A stretch of DNA of 64,000 nucleotides from Patescibacteria group bacterium (GTDB lineage Bacteria; Patescibacteriota; Minisyncoccia; Phycocordibacterales; Zambryskibacteraceae): positions 18,370 through 82,369 of the forward strand of contig SCSN01000008.1 in NCBI GenBank assembly GCA_004322205.1, read 5' to 3'. The translations under genes and the position numbers were made by a program. Shown here piece by piece: positions 56,122 to 64,000 of the stretch. The notes beneath the pieces are model-generated. The model had not been told where the DNA came from and did not search any database. It saw nothing but the letters and a program-made list of their open reading frames with translations. Position 1 is the stretch's first letter. Every line of letters starts with the position of its first letter.

Positions 56122-59100
56122 TCACAAGGCTCTAATTTTTTCTGCAATGAGGCTCACTCCGCCGTTTCGCCGAGAGACAGTACCCGACATAGCGAGGCAC
56201 TGCTCTGGTTTGATAAGCGTCTTACATTCCTCGAAGAGGCGTGGAAAAATAACCACCTCGAGATTGCCAAGGAAGTCGGCAAGCTTCATGAACGTCATTT
56301 TCTGATTTTGCTTGGTGATAATCTCCCGAAACTCTTCGATGATGCCGGCAAGTGCAATATGTTCTCCTTCACGCCGCTCTTTAATTGTCTGGGAGTTATC
56401 CTTAAATCTTGCCATTTTCTCTTGGAATCGCTCGAGCGGATGCCCGGAAACATAGAGACCTAAAAGCTCTTTCTCCCAGGCAAGTTTTTGCTCTCTCTCG
56501 GCTGGCGGGACGGGAGGAAGAGAAATTTCAGGCGCCGCAGCCCCGACTGAAGTAAAAAGTGATTCGTGGCTGCCTCCCTGCTTCATCTGCTCTTTGTGGT
56601 AGCTAAGGAGCAGATCAAGACTCGCAAACATTGCTCCGCGCTCCCCAAAATCATCGAGGGCGCCGCTTTTGATGAGCGCCTCAAGGGATTTCTTGTTAAG
56701 GTTGCGGTCTTTGACCCGGTCGAGGAAATGAGCAAGCGAGGTATACTTGCCGTGCTCTTTACGCTCCCGCACGATTTGCTGGGCAACGCCCTCTCCGAGA
56801 TTTTTTATAGTTGCCAGTCCGAAGCGGATGGTGTCGGGTTTACCGGCGGCGCGAACAACCGAAAACCCTCTGAAACTCTCGTTGACTAATGGCGGTAGCA
56901 CTGGAATGCCCATGCGCTTGCATTCGTGAATTAGCGCGCCAATTTCTTCTACGTTCCCCGAGTCAGCGGTGAGCACCGCCGACATATAAATTGCCGGGTA
57001 ATTCGCCTTGAAATAGGCAGTTTGGTAAGCAATGCGACCGTAGCTTGCGGCGTGAGCCTTGTTGAATCCGTATGCCGCGAATGGTTCAACCCAACTCCAA
57101 AGCTCCCGGGCTTTCTTTTCGCTCCAGCCGCTGTGGGAGACGCAGCCCTGGATAAACTTTTCTTTCTGGGCAGCCATCTCTTCGGGGATTTTTTTGCCGA
57201 CCGCCTTGCGAAATTTATCCACCTCAAGCCACGAATAGCCGGCAATGTCTTTGGCAATTATGAGAAGGTCGTCCTGATAGACGAGAACTCCGTAGGTTCG
57301 GGAAAGAATCGGTTCGAGGGCAGGATCGAGGTAGCTCGCGAGTTTGGGATTGTGTTTTCGCTTGATGAACTGAGGAATGAATTGCATCGGTCCGGGGCGA
57401 TAGAGTGCCACCATGGCGTTGATGTCATGAATGGTCGTTGGTTTGAGCTCCATAAGAAATCTTGTCATCGCTTCGCCGTTGAGCTGGAAAAGTCCTTCGG
57501 TTTCTCCTTTGGCGAGGATGGCAAATGTTTTTTTGTCGTCCAGAGGAATAGTTTCCGGATCGGTCTCTTTCTCTTCGATGGCGCGAATTCTGTCAACAGT
57601 ATCTGCAATGATTGAAAGATTTTTTAACCCCAGAAAGTCAAATTTCAGTAGTCCGGCGTCCTCAACCGAGTACATATCATATTGGGTGATGATTTTTCCT
57701 TCGCCCTTCGGGTCGAACTGAAGAGGCACGAAATTCACCAGCGACTCCGGTGCAATAACCACACCGGCGGCGTGAACGGAGATGTGGCGAGCGCAGCCCT
57801 CAATTTTCTTTGCCATATCAATGACCCCCTTGACCTCGGCGTCTTTTTTGTAGAGTTCCTTGAGGTCGGGGACGATTTCAAAGGCGCGGCTGATGGTCAT
57901 GGGAAAACCTTGCGAGCCGAAGGGGATGAGCCTCGCTATGCGGTCGCCGACAGCATACGGGTGTCCCATGGCGCGTGCTACGTCGCGCACCACTCCGCGG
58001 GCGAGCATGGTGCCGAATGTTCCGATTTGGGCGACTTTGTCGGCTCCGTATTTCTCTCTCGCGTAATCGATCATTTCGTCACGGCGGTTATCGGCAAAGT
58101 CCATGTCGATGTCTGGAGCCGAAGGTCGTTCGGGATTTAGGAACCGTTCGAAAGGCAGGGCGTATTCAATTGGGTTGATATTGGTGATGCCGCAGAGGTA
58201 GGTCACCATGGAGCCAGCGACGGAGCCTCGAATGTTGGTAAGAATTCCGTTCTGGTGGGCATAGCGAAGCAAATCTGCAACGACCAAGAAATACGGTGAA
58301 TACCCTTTGTCACGGATAATCTTGAGTTCGTACTCTATGCGCCCTTCAGTCTCTGCGGTTTTCTCAATTTTGTGCCGCGACAGCCCCTCATAAACAAGGC
58401 GGCGCAATTCCTCGTCGTGAGAAAGTCCGCTTTCAACCCGGAAATTAGGAAAGACCCACGAGCCGAATTGAAGCTTGAGGTTGCAGGCTGCGGCGATTTC
58501 GGTTGAGGCGGCAAGAGCTTCCGGTAGATCTTTGAAGCGTTCATTCATTTCTTTTTGGGAAAGGAAAGAAAAGTTTTCGGCACGCTCTCCAAACGACCGG
58601 CGCTCTCGCTCGCCACCCGACTGGACTGAAAGGAGCGTCTCCCAAGCTGGTCTGTCTTCGGGATTGACGTAAAAAATGTCGTGGGCGGCAACCAGTGGAA
58701 CTTCTGAATCTTTAGCGAATGAAACGAGTCGCTTGAGCCGCTCACCGTCGCTATCTGTTTCTGGACGTTTGATGATTTCTAGATAGAACATGTCCGAACC
58801 AAAAACACTTCGGTACCAGTCGGCGAGATTTTTTGCCTTCTCAATGTCGCGATGCTCAATAGCGCGCGCTAGGTCGGACTCCGAACTTGCAATGCAAATT
58901 AGCCCGCTGGCGTGCATCTCAATGAGCGCCTTATCAATGCGAGGCTTGTAGTAGAAACCTTCGAGATGGCCCTTGGTGGCAAGTTGGATTAGATTCTTGT
59001 ACCCCGTTTCGTCTCGGGCGAGGAGGAGGAGGCGAGTGCGGATGTTGTCAACGCCGGTTTGTTTGTCGAGGCGGCTGCGGTTGGCAACATAAGCGTCAAT

Positions 59101-59292
59101 GCCGAGAATGGGTTTGATGCCTTGGCGTTCGCATTCTTTGTAGAATTCAATCGCCCCGTAGAGATTTCCGTTATCGGTGAGGGCTAGAGCCTTCATGCCG
59201 TCTTTGACGGCGGTTGCCACAAGATCCGGAATCTTCGGCAAGGCACCCAAGAGACTGTAGTGGCTGTGCGTGTGGAGATGGACGAATGTCAT
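56122..59292 (-). CDS. dnaE: DNA polymerase III alpha subunit
   Basis: HLHTHSHYS PHP domain, RGS, PDIDMDF, KFDFLGL, YGFNKAHA. Confidence 0.97.
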   Translation of the reverse strand: MTFVHLHTHSHYSLLGALPKIPDLVATAVKDGMKALALTDNGNLYGAIEFYKECERQGIKPILGIDAYVANRSRLDKQTGVDNIRTRLLLLARDETGYKNLIQLATKGHLEGFYYKPRIDKALIEMHASGLICIASSESDLARAIEHRDIEKAKNLADWYRSVFGSDMFYLEIIKRPETDSDGERLKRLVSFAKDSEVPLVAAHDIFYVNPEDRPAWETLLSVQSGGERERRSFGERAENFSFLSQKEMNERFKDLPEALAASTEIAAACNLKLQFGSWVFPNFRVESGLSHDEELRRLVYEGLSRHKIEKTAETEGRIEYELKIIRDKGYSPYFLVVADLLRYAHQNGILTNIRGSVAGSMVTYLCGITNINPIEYALPFERFLNPERPSAPDIDMDFADNRRDEMIDYAREKYGADKVAQIGTFGTMLARGVVRDVARAMGHPYAVGDRIARLIPFGSQGFPMTISRAFEIVPDLKELYKKDAEVKGVIDMAKKIEGCARHISVHAAGVVIAPESLVNFVPLQFDPKGEGKIITQYDMYSVEDAGLLKFDFLGLKNLSIIADTVDRIRAIEEKETDPETIPLDDKKTFAILAKGETEGLFQLNGEAMTRFLMELKPTTIHDINAMVALYRPGPMQFIPQFIKRKHNPKLASYLDPALEPILSRTYGVLVYQDDLLIIAKDIAGYSWLEVDKFRKAVGKKIPEEMAAQKEKFIQGCVSHSGWSEKKARELWSWVEPFAAYGFNKAHAASYGRIAYQTAYFKANYPAIYMSAVLTADSGNVEEIGALIHECKRMGIPVLPPLVNESFRGFSVVRAAGKPDTIRFGLATIKNLGEGVAQQIVRERKEHGKYTSLAHFLDRVKDRNLNKKSLEALIKSGALDDFGERGAMFASLDLLLSYHKEQMKQGGSHESLFTSVGAAAPEISLPPVPPAEREQKLAWEKELLGLYVSGHPLERFQEKMARFKDNSQTIKERREGEHIALAGIIEEFREIITKQNQKMTFMKLADFLGNLEVVIFPRLFEECKTLIKPEQCLAMSGTVSRRNGGVSLIAEKIRAL

Positions 59293-59372
59293 GGAGAGGA
59301 GGGTGCATGAATTATATCAAAGCACTTCCTGCTCTTGATCCATTAATCCAAAGAGCGGTATATAATGGCAGT

Positions 59373-59969
59373 ATGTCAAGGAAAAGGAGGATTCTGGTTG
59401 GTGTTGATGAGGCCGGGAGGGGACCCCTTGCTGGTCCGCTGGCCGTGGGGATTGTGGTTCTGCCGCGTCGGTACCTCAAGGAGTTTGCCCAGATTCGGGA
59501 TTCCAAGAAACTAACCAGCGCCAAGCGGCAGATCTGGTTTGACAAGTTGCGGAAAGAGCGAAAACGCGGGACCCTCGACTTTCGTGTTTCCTGCGTAGGC
59601 AATGCGATAATAGACAAGAAGGGCATCAGCTATGCCGCGCGCTGCGGCATCCGGCGCTGTCTCCAAAGACTTGAAGTGTCTCCAGCGCAGTCGGAGATTC
59701 TTTTGGACGGGCTTCTGTACGCTCCCAAGAAATTTTTGCTCCAGAAAACTGTGATCAAGGGCGATGAGCGGGTGCCTATCATCGCTCTTGCCTCGGTTGC
59801 CGCCAAAGTAGTGCGTGACGGGAAAATGACTCGTCTGGCGAAACGTTTCCCGCAATACGGATTTGAAATCCACAAAGGGTACGGCACGGCGCTTCACCGA
59901 AAAAGAATCCTTAAGCACGGCCCCTCTCCCATTCACCGAAGAAGTTTTCTGAAGAATTTTGCCAAGTAG
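59373..59969 (+). CDS. rnhB: Ribonuclease HII
   Basis: GVDEAGRGPLAGP, DSKKL, KGD, HKGYGT, HRRSF. Confidence 0.96.
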   Translation: MSRKRRILVGVDEAGRGPLAGPLAVGIVVLPRRYLKEFAQIRDSKKLTSAKRQIWFDKLRKERKRGTLDFRVSCVGNAIIDKKGISYAARCGIRRCLQRLEVSPAQSEILLDGLLYAPKKFLLQKTVIKGDERVPIIALASVAAKVVRDGKMTRLAKRFPQYGFEIHKGYGTALHRKRILKHGPSPIHRRSFLKNFAK

Positions 59970-60033
59970 TTTAACTTGTATTATGCTCTAAAGCCAGATA
60001 AAGTTTCATTCATCATGAACCCACGGAGGTTTC

Positions 60034-60231
60034 ATGTCAGTCTTTCAGCGCAGTTCTAAGATTGAGAGCCGAGACTGATGGGAGGCTGTGCTCGAGCGCC
60101 CCCATGCCTTGCTGGGAAGAGAGAAAGCGGCGGAGATTTCTGCCGAGGAACTCCAAGATATCACTGACCCGGAAGTTCTGCGTAGCCTCGGCTGCTACCT
60201 CTTTGGCGAAGCTGGGAGAGCGTGTTGCTGA
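60034..60231 (+). pseudogene. Small ORF interrupted by an in-frame TGA
   Basis: GGAGG SD, ATG 60034, TGA 60076-60078, frame continues to TGA 60229-60231, then terminator hairpin. Confidence 0.45.
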
Positions 60232-60309
60232 TTCTGCGCGGTCGCACCTCAAGCAGGTGCGACCGCTTTTCTCTTGATAATTCTCTGTCATACGATATAC
60301 TGCCAGACT

Positions 60310-60549
60310 ATGGTTGTCCGAATGCGCCACAACAGATCGCAGACCCGCAGCCGGCGCTCTCATCGCGCCCTCTTGCCCGCGGCGTTTTTTGCCTGTCCTC
60401 ATTGCGGCGCCAAAAAGGAGAAGCATGCCATCTGCCCGAATTGCGGCAAGTACCATGAGCGCGATATGATTGATGTTATCGGAAAGAGAGCTATGAAAGC
60501 CGCTAAGAAGAAAGAGAAACAAGCAGCACCCGCCACGGCAGAAAAGTAA
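60310..60549 (+). CDS. rpmF: 50S ribosomal protein L32
   Basis: RRSH.AL, CPHCG, HAICPNCGKY. Confidence 0.93.
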   Translation: MVVRMRHNRSQTRSRRSHRALLPAAFFACPHCGAKKEKHAICPNCGKYHERDMIDVIGKRAMKAAKKKEKQAAPATAEK

Positions 60550-60581
60550 TCCGCGGCAAGCACATTTCCACTGTGAATTCC

Positions 60582-61514
60582 ATGGCAAATCGTCATCTGG
60601 CGCGATCGGTCGTTCTCCAGTCTCTTTTTGAGTGGGACTTCGGAGGTAAGCCCAATAAAAAAAAAGAGGCGATGTTGATCTTTCGGCGCAACGTTCAGGA
60701 ATTTGCGCCGGGGATAAAGGATGTCTCTTTCATGGAATCGCTCATGGAGAGTGTGCTTGCTAAGAGCAAAGACCTTGACACTATAATATCTACTGCCGCC
60801 CCGGATTGGCCGCTTGAAAAGATAGCGGTTGTTGACCGCAATGTTCTGCGCATCGGTCTCTACGAACTTTTGTTTGCGGATCGCAGCGAAGTGCCGCCCA
60901 AAGTTGCCATCAACGAAGCCATCGAGCTTGCCAAAACATTCGGCGGTGAGACCTCGGGAAAATTTGTCAATGGCGTCTTGGGGGCGGTCTACAAGGAGAT
61001 GGGCGAGCCGGGGAGGGATGAGAGGAGTTCGAAGAAAAAAAACGCTAATGATATCCCCGACGACCAGGCGCCGGTGGAGAATTTGGGCGGAGCCGTTGTC
61101 TATGCGGAGGAGGGAAAAAAAATCTTTGTTGCTCTGGTTCATGACGTCTTCGGGCACTGGACGCTCTCGAAAGGAAAGCTCGAGGCGGGAGAAGATGTGG
61201 AGGCAGGTACGGTTCGGGAGGTCAAGGAGGAGATTGGACTCGACGTCACCCCCGAAGATGACTTGGGTGTCAATGAATATATTGCCTTTCCTCCGGACAA
61301 AGGAAAAATCAAAAAGCGCGTCCATTACTTTTTAGCTCGCTCCGATTTTCAGCCGCTTCAGCTCGAGTCGCAGGGAGGACTTGATAACGCCCGCTGGTTT
61401 GCACTTGACGAGGTGGCGGAGCTTAATTTCTACGATGATATTGTTCCTCTGATTACCAAGGCGATCCAGATTCTGGGGCGAAAAAGTTCGCGGGCGAAGC
61501 GAAAAAATGAGTGA
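60582..61514 (+). CDS. nusB: NusB fused to C-terminal Nudix hydrolase
   Basis: DRNVLRIG, AINEAIELAK.FG, FVNGVLG; then GKLEAGEDVEAGTVREVKEEIGL Nudix box. Confidence 0.92.
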   Translation: MANRHLARSVVLQSLFEWDFGGKPNKKKEAMLIFRRNVQEFAPGIKDVSFMESLMESVLAKSKDLDTIISTAAPDWPLEKIAVVDRNVLRIGLYELLFADRSEVPPKVAINEAIELAKTFGGETSGKFVNGVLGAVYKEMGEPGRDERSSKKKNANDIPDDQAPVENLGGAVVYAEEGKKIFVALVHDVFGHWTLSKGKLEAGEDVEAGTVREVKEEIGLDVTPEDDLGVNEYIAFPPDKGKIKKRVHYFLARSDFQPLQLESQGGLDNARWFALDEVAELNFYDDIVPLITKAIQILGRKSSRAKRKNE

Positions 61515-62223
61515 GATTCATAACAAAGAAAAAATGAACATTGATCAATTTGAGAAAAAAGCGAGGGTGATTTTCCAAGACAAAAATCTCCTCGGGCAAG
61601 CTTTTGTTCATCGCTCGTATCTCAATGAGAATCGTGATTTTCCCCTTGGGCACAATGAACGGTTGGAGTTTTTAGGCGATGCGGTGCTTGAGCTGGTTAC
61701 TACGGAATATCTCTATCGCAAATACCCGGACAAAACAGAAGGTGAGATGACCTCACTGCGCTCCGCTCTAGTCAATGCCAATACGCTCTATGTTGTAGGG
61801 GTCAATCTCGGGGTAAATGACTATTTGCTTCTCTCCCGTGGGGAGACGAAGGATACAGGCAGAGCGCGGCAGTATATTCTGGCCAACACGATTGAGGCGA
61901 TAATCGGAGCGGTCTATTTGGACCAAGGGTACGAAACGGCGAAGAAGTTTATTTACGAACACATCACGCCGCTCATTGAAAAAATTATTTCTGAAGGTAG
62001 CTGGATTGATGCCAAGAGCCGTTTTCAGGAACAGGCACAGGACGTTGTCGGTGTCACTCCTCTCTACAAAACGCTCAAGGAAATTGGTCCCGACCATGAT
62101 AAACACTTCACGGTTGGAGTTTATCTTGGAAGCGAGCTTATAGCAGAGGGTGAAGGGGACTCCAAGCAGAATGCCGAGCAGGAAGCGGCGCGCCGGGCGT
62201 CACGAGCAAAAGATTGGGAATGA
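61507..62223 (+). CDS. rnc: Ribonuclease III
   Basis: HNERLEFLGDAVL, dsRBD; start may be 61534. Confidence 0.96.
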   Translation: MSEIHNKEKMNIDQFEKKARVIFQDKNLLGQAFVHRSYLNENRDFPLGHNERLEFLGDAVLELVTTEYLYRKYPDKTEGEMTSLRSALVNANTLYVVGVNLGVNDYLLLSRGETKDTGRARQYILANTIEAIIGAVYLDQGYETAKKFIYEHITPLIEKIISEGSWIDAKSRFQEQAQDVVGVTPLYKTLKEIGPDHDKHFTVGVYLGSELIAEGEGDSKQNAEQEAARRASRAKDWE

Positions 62224-62258
62224 TAGACCCCCCACATACCACGCCTTTTAATATGTCG

Positions 62259-62299
62259 AAATAAAGGTTCCTCGGGGCTGCCCCGAGGAACCTTTATTT
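62259..62299. terminator. Bidirectional terminator / REP-like palindrome
   Basis: AAATAAAGGTTCCTCGGGGC-T-GCCCCGAGGAACCTTTATTT. Confidence 0.75.
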
Positions 62300-62425
62300 T
62301 TCTACTGCGAGCTCGCTTTTCATGTATTTGCCCAAAGCGAGAACTTCATTCGCCATTCCTTTGGCGATTGCTCCGAGAAGCAAATCGCGTCTCTCCGACG
62401 TCATCTCGGACATGGTCACTCGCAT
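62294..62425 (-). CDS. Small hypothetical protein (43 aa)
   Basis: MRVTMSEMTSERRDLLLGAIAKGMANEVLALGKYMKSELAVEK; overlaps upstream stop, ends at terminator. Confidence 0.4.
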   Translation of the reverse strand: MRVTMSEMTSERRDLLLGAIAKGMANEVLALGKYMKSELAVEK

Positions 62426-62565
62426 CCTCTCTTTGTCTCAGTTTCAGGCGGTTTCGCCCGGGAGTCGTTGGGCGGCCGCAGAAGCCATCGCCCCGTGAGG
62501 TAGAGCACGTAGGCGATTACAACGACGATCCAGATAACGATGACAGCCCGGCTTTCGTCAGACAT
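62416..62565 (-). CDS. Small single-TM protein (49 aa)
   Basis: GGAGG SD; MSDESRAVIVIWIVVVIAYVLYLTGRW... Confidence 0.55.
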   Translation of the reverse strand: MSDESRAVIVIWIVVVIAYVLYLTGRWLLRPPNDSRAKPPETETKRGCE

Positions 62566-62772
62566 AATCGCTCCTCCGTTGTGCGTATCTATTTTAATGA
62601 TACCACCTCGCGAGTTTTCGTCAAGTTTCTGAAACAAAAACCCCGCCCGGAGCTGAAACTCTTTCGAGTCAACTGCGGCGGGGGAGCAACTTTCAAGACG
62701 TGCTCAGGTCTGCGCGTTGTTTCAGAAATGTCCTTGATGTGGGGCGAGAACAGCCGGAGCTCGCTTGTTCTA

Positions 62773-62931
62773 TTAGACTCGACGCCGCTTCCACCTAATC
62801 AGAAGTACAAGTCCGAACAGTGCGAGCGGGATAGATAACCAGTACGAGGGCGGAGGGTCCGGCACCCGTGGCGCGTCCGCTTGGATGATAACCCCAAGCA
62901 CTTCCGCGACATGCTTCAAGAATAACGTCAT
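62773..62931 (-). CDS. Small protein (52 aa) with Pro-rich linker, TM helix and basic tail
   Basis: ...VPDPPPSYWLSIPLALFGLVLLIRWKRRRV. Confidence 0.45.
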   Translation of the reverse strand: MTLFLKHVAEVLGVIIQADAPRVPDPPPSYWLSIPLALFGLVLLIRWKRRRV

Positions 62932-63100
62932 ACTACACCCCTGTGTTTGTGGTAAGTTTTCCAGCTGTTCAGATCTTTTTAAAAAATATCATATTTAATT
63001 TATACAGTCAATAACTATTCCCTGTTCAAAAACGGCTCAAAATAGTGATAGAATTGATGACGACCCTGTATTTAACTTTCAAGCTTTTTAACTTTACACA

Positions 63101-64000
63101 ATGCTCCTGAAATCCATAGAACTTCACGGCTTTAAGTCCTTCCCGAGGAAAAGCCTTTTTGAGTTTATTTCTCCTATTTCGGCGGTTGTCGGTCCGAATG
63201 GAAGCGGTAAATCAAACGTGGCGGAAGCATTTCAGTTTGTGCTCGGAGAACAGTCTATCAAGTCCCTGCGCGGGAAAAAAGGAGAGGATTTAATCTGGAA
63301 CGGCGGGGCTGATTTCCCGCGTGCCAACCGCGCTTCCGTCAAGGTTCTGCTTGACAACAGCAATAAATTTTTAAACATTGATTTTCCCGAAGTTGCCATC
63401 GAGCGCGTTGTGCACCGCGATGGAGTCAATGAGTACATCGTAAACGGCAGCCAGGTGCGCTTGCGTGACATCATTGAGCTTCTCGCTCCGGCTCACATTG
63501 GCGCCTCGGGGCACCATATTATTTCTCAAGGTGAGGCGGATCGGGTTCTTTCTGCCAACCCTCGCGAGCGGCGGGAAATGATCGAAGATGCTCTGGGGCT
63601 AAAGATTTACCAATACAAGCGACAAGAGAGCGAGCGGAAGCTCGAAAAAACCCTCGAAAACATTTCTCAAGTTGACGCTCTGCGAAAAGAAATTGCTCCG
63701 CATCTGCGATTTCTCAAAAAGCAGGCGGAGAAAATCGAGAAGGCGGCGGAGCTCAAAGAGCGGCTCAAAACTTTTGCCAAGAAGTATTTGAAACGAGAAT
63801 CGTGCTACCTCGAGTGGCTCAAGCGAGAGATTGAAAAAACGAAACGCCCGCTTGAAGCGAAAAAAGCGGCGCTTGAGCGAGAGCTTAACGAGGCGAGGCG
63901 GGTTCTTGAGCAGTCGAAAATGAGAGACGCCAAGAGCGACGAGGTGGTTTCACTTGAAGGGAAAATTCAATCACTGCGGAAAAGGAAAGACGGACTCTTG
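63101..64000 (+). CDS. smc: SMC-family chromosome segregation ATPase (5' part, runs off window)
   Basis: MLLKSIELHGFKSF, VVGPNGSGKSNV Walker A, IISQG, coiled coil. Confidence 0.93.
   Translation, partial: MLLKSIELHGFKSFPRKSLFEFISPISAVVGPNGSGKSNVAEAFQFVLGEQSIKSLRGKKGEDLIWNGGADFPRANRASVKVLLDNSNKFLNIDFPEVAIERVVHRDGVNEYIVNGSQVRLRDIIELLAPAHIGASGHHIISQGEADRVLSANPRERREMIEDALGLKIYQYKRQESERKLEKTLENISQVDALRKEIAPHLRFLKKQAEKIEKAAELKERLKTFAKKYLKRESCYLEWLKREIEKTKRPLEAKKAALERELNEARRVLEQSKMRDAKSDEVVSLEGKIQSLRKRKDGLL

Noticed and set aside
60076-60078. Selenocysteine codon
   Set aside because: No recognisable SECIS hairpin right after the TGA, no redox motif context and no sel genes in the window.

Overview
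Chromosomal window from a Patescibacteria/CPR (Parcubacteria-like) bacterium using the standard code 11. The lineage call is an inference from the short PheS, short EF-Ts, NusB-Nudix fusion, split transketolase, Gmad2/PEGA/RNHCP proteins and apparent leaderless genes. Housekeeping content: rnj, secG, groES/EL, lemA-htpX, a gap-rpiB-rpe-tkt-pfkB-fba carbon cluster, rplY, rpmE-prfA-rpsB-tsf, pheST, gyrB, thrS, dnaE, rnhB, rpmF-nusB-rnc, partial smc, tRNA-Ser(GGA) and tRNA-Thr(TGT). Accessory content: a GH1/EamA/GH/GT2 glycan module and a 10-gene CsoR-controlled copper operon. Most unusual observations: (1) a complete NlpC/P60 cysteine-peptidase domain inserted in frame inside PheT; (2) two tandem ~350-400 nt highly structured non-coding regions at 27.4-28.4 kb and a multi-pseudoknot RNA candidate after tRNA-Thr; (3) two distant GC-rich genes sharing a structured 5' leader and DGR-target-like C-termini, with no reverse transcriptase in the window; (4) several families of tiny palindromic or inverted-repeat elements, some overlapping start codons or inserted in frame in enzymes. 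No CRISPR array, integrase or transposase was found. All calls come from reading motifs by eye; no searches were run.
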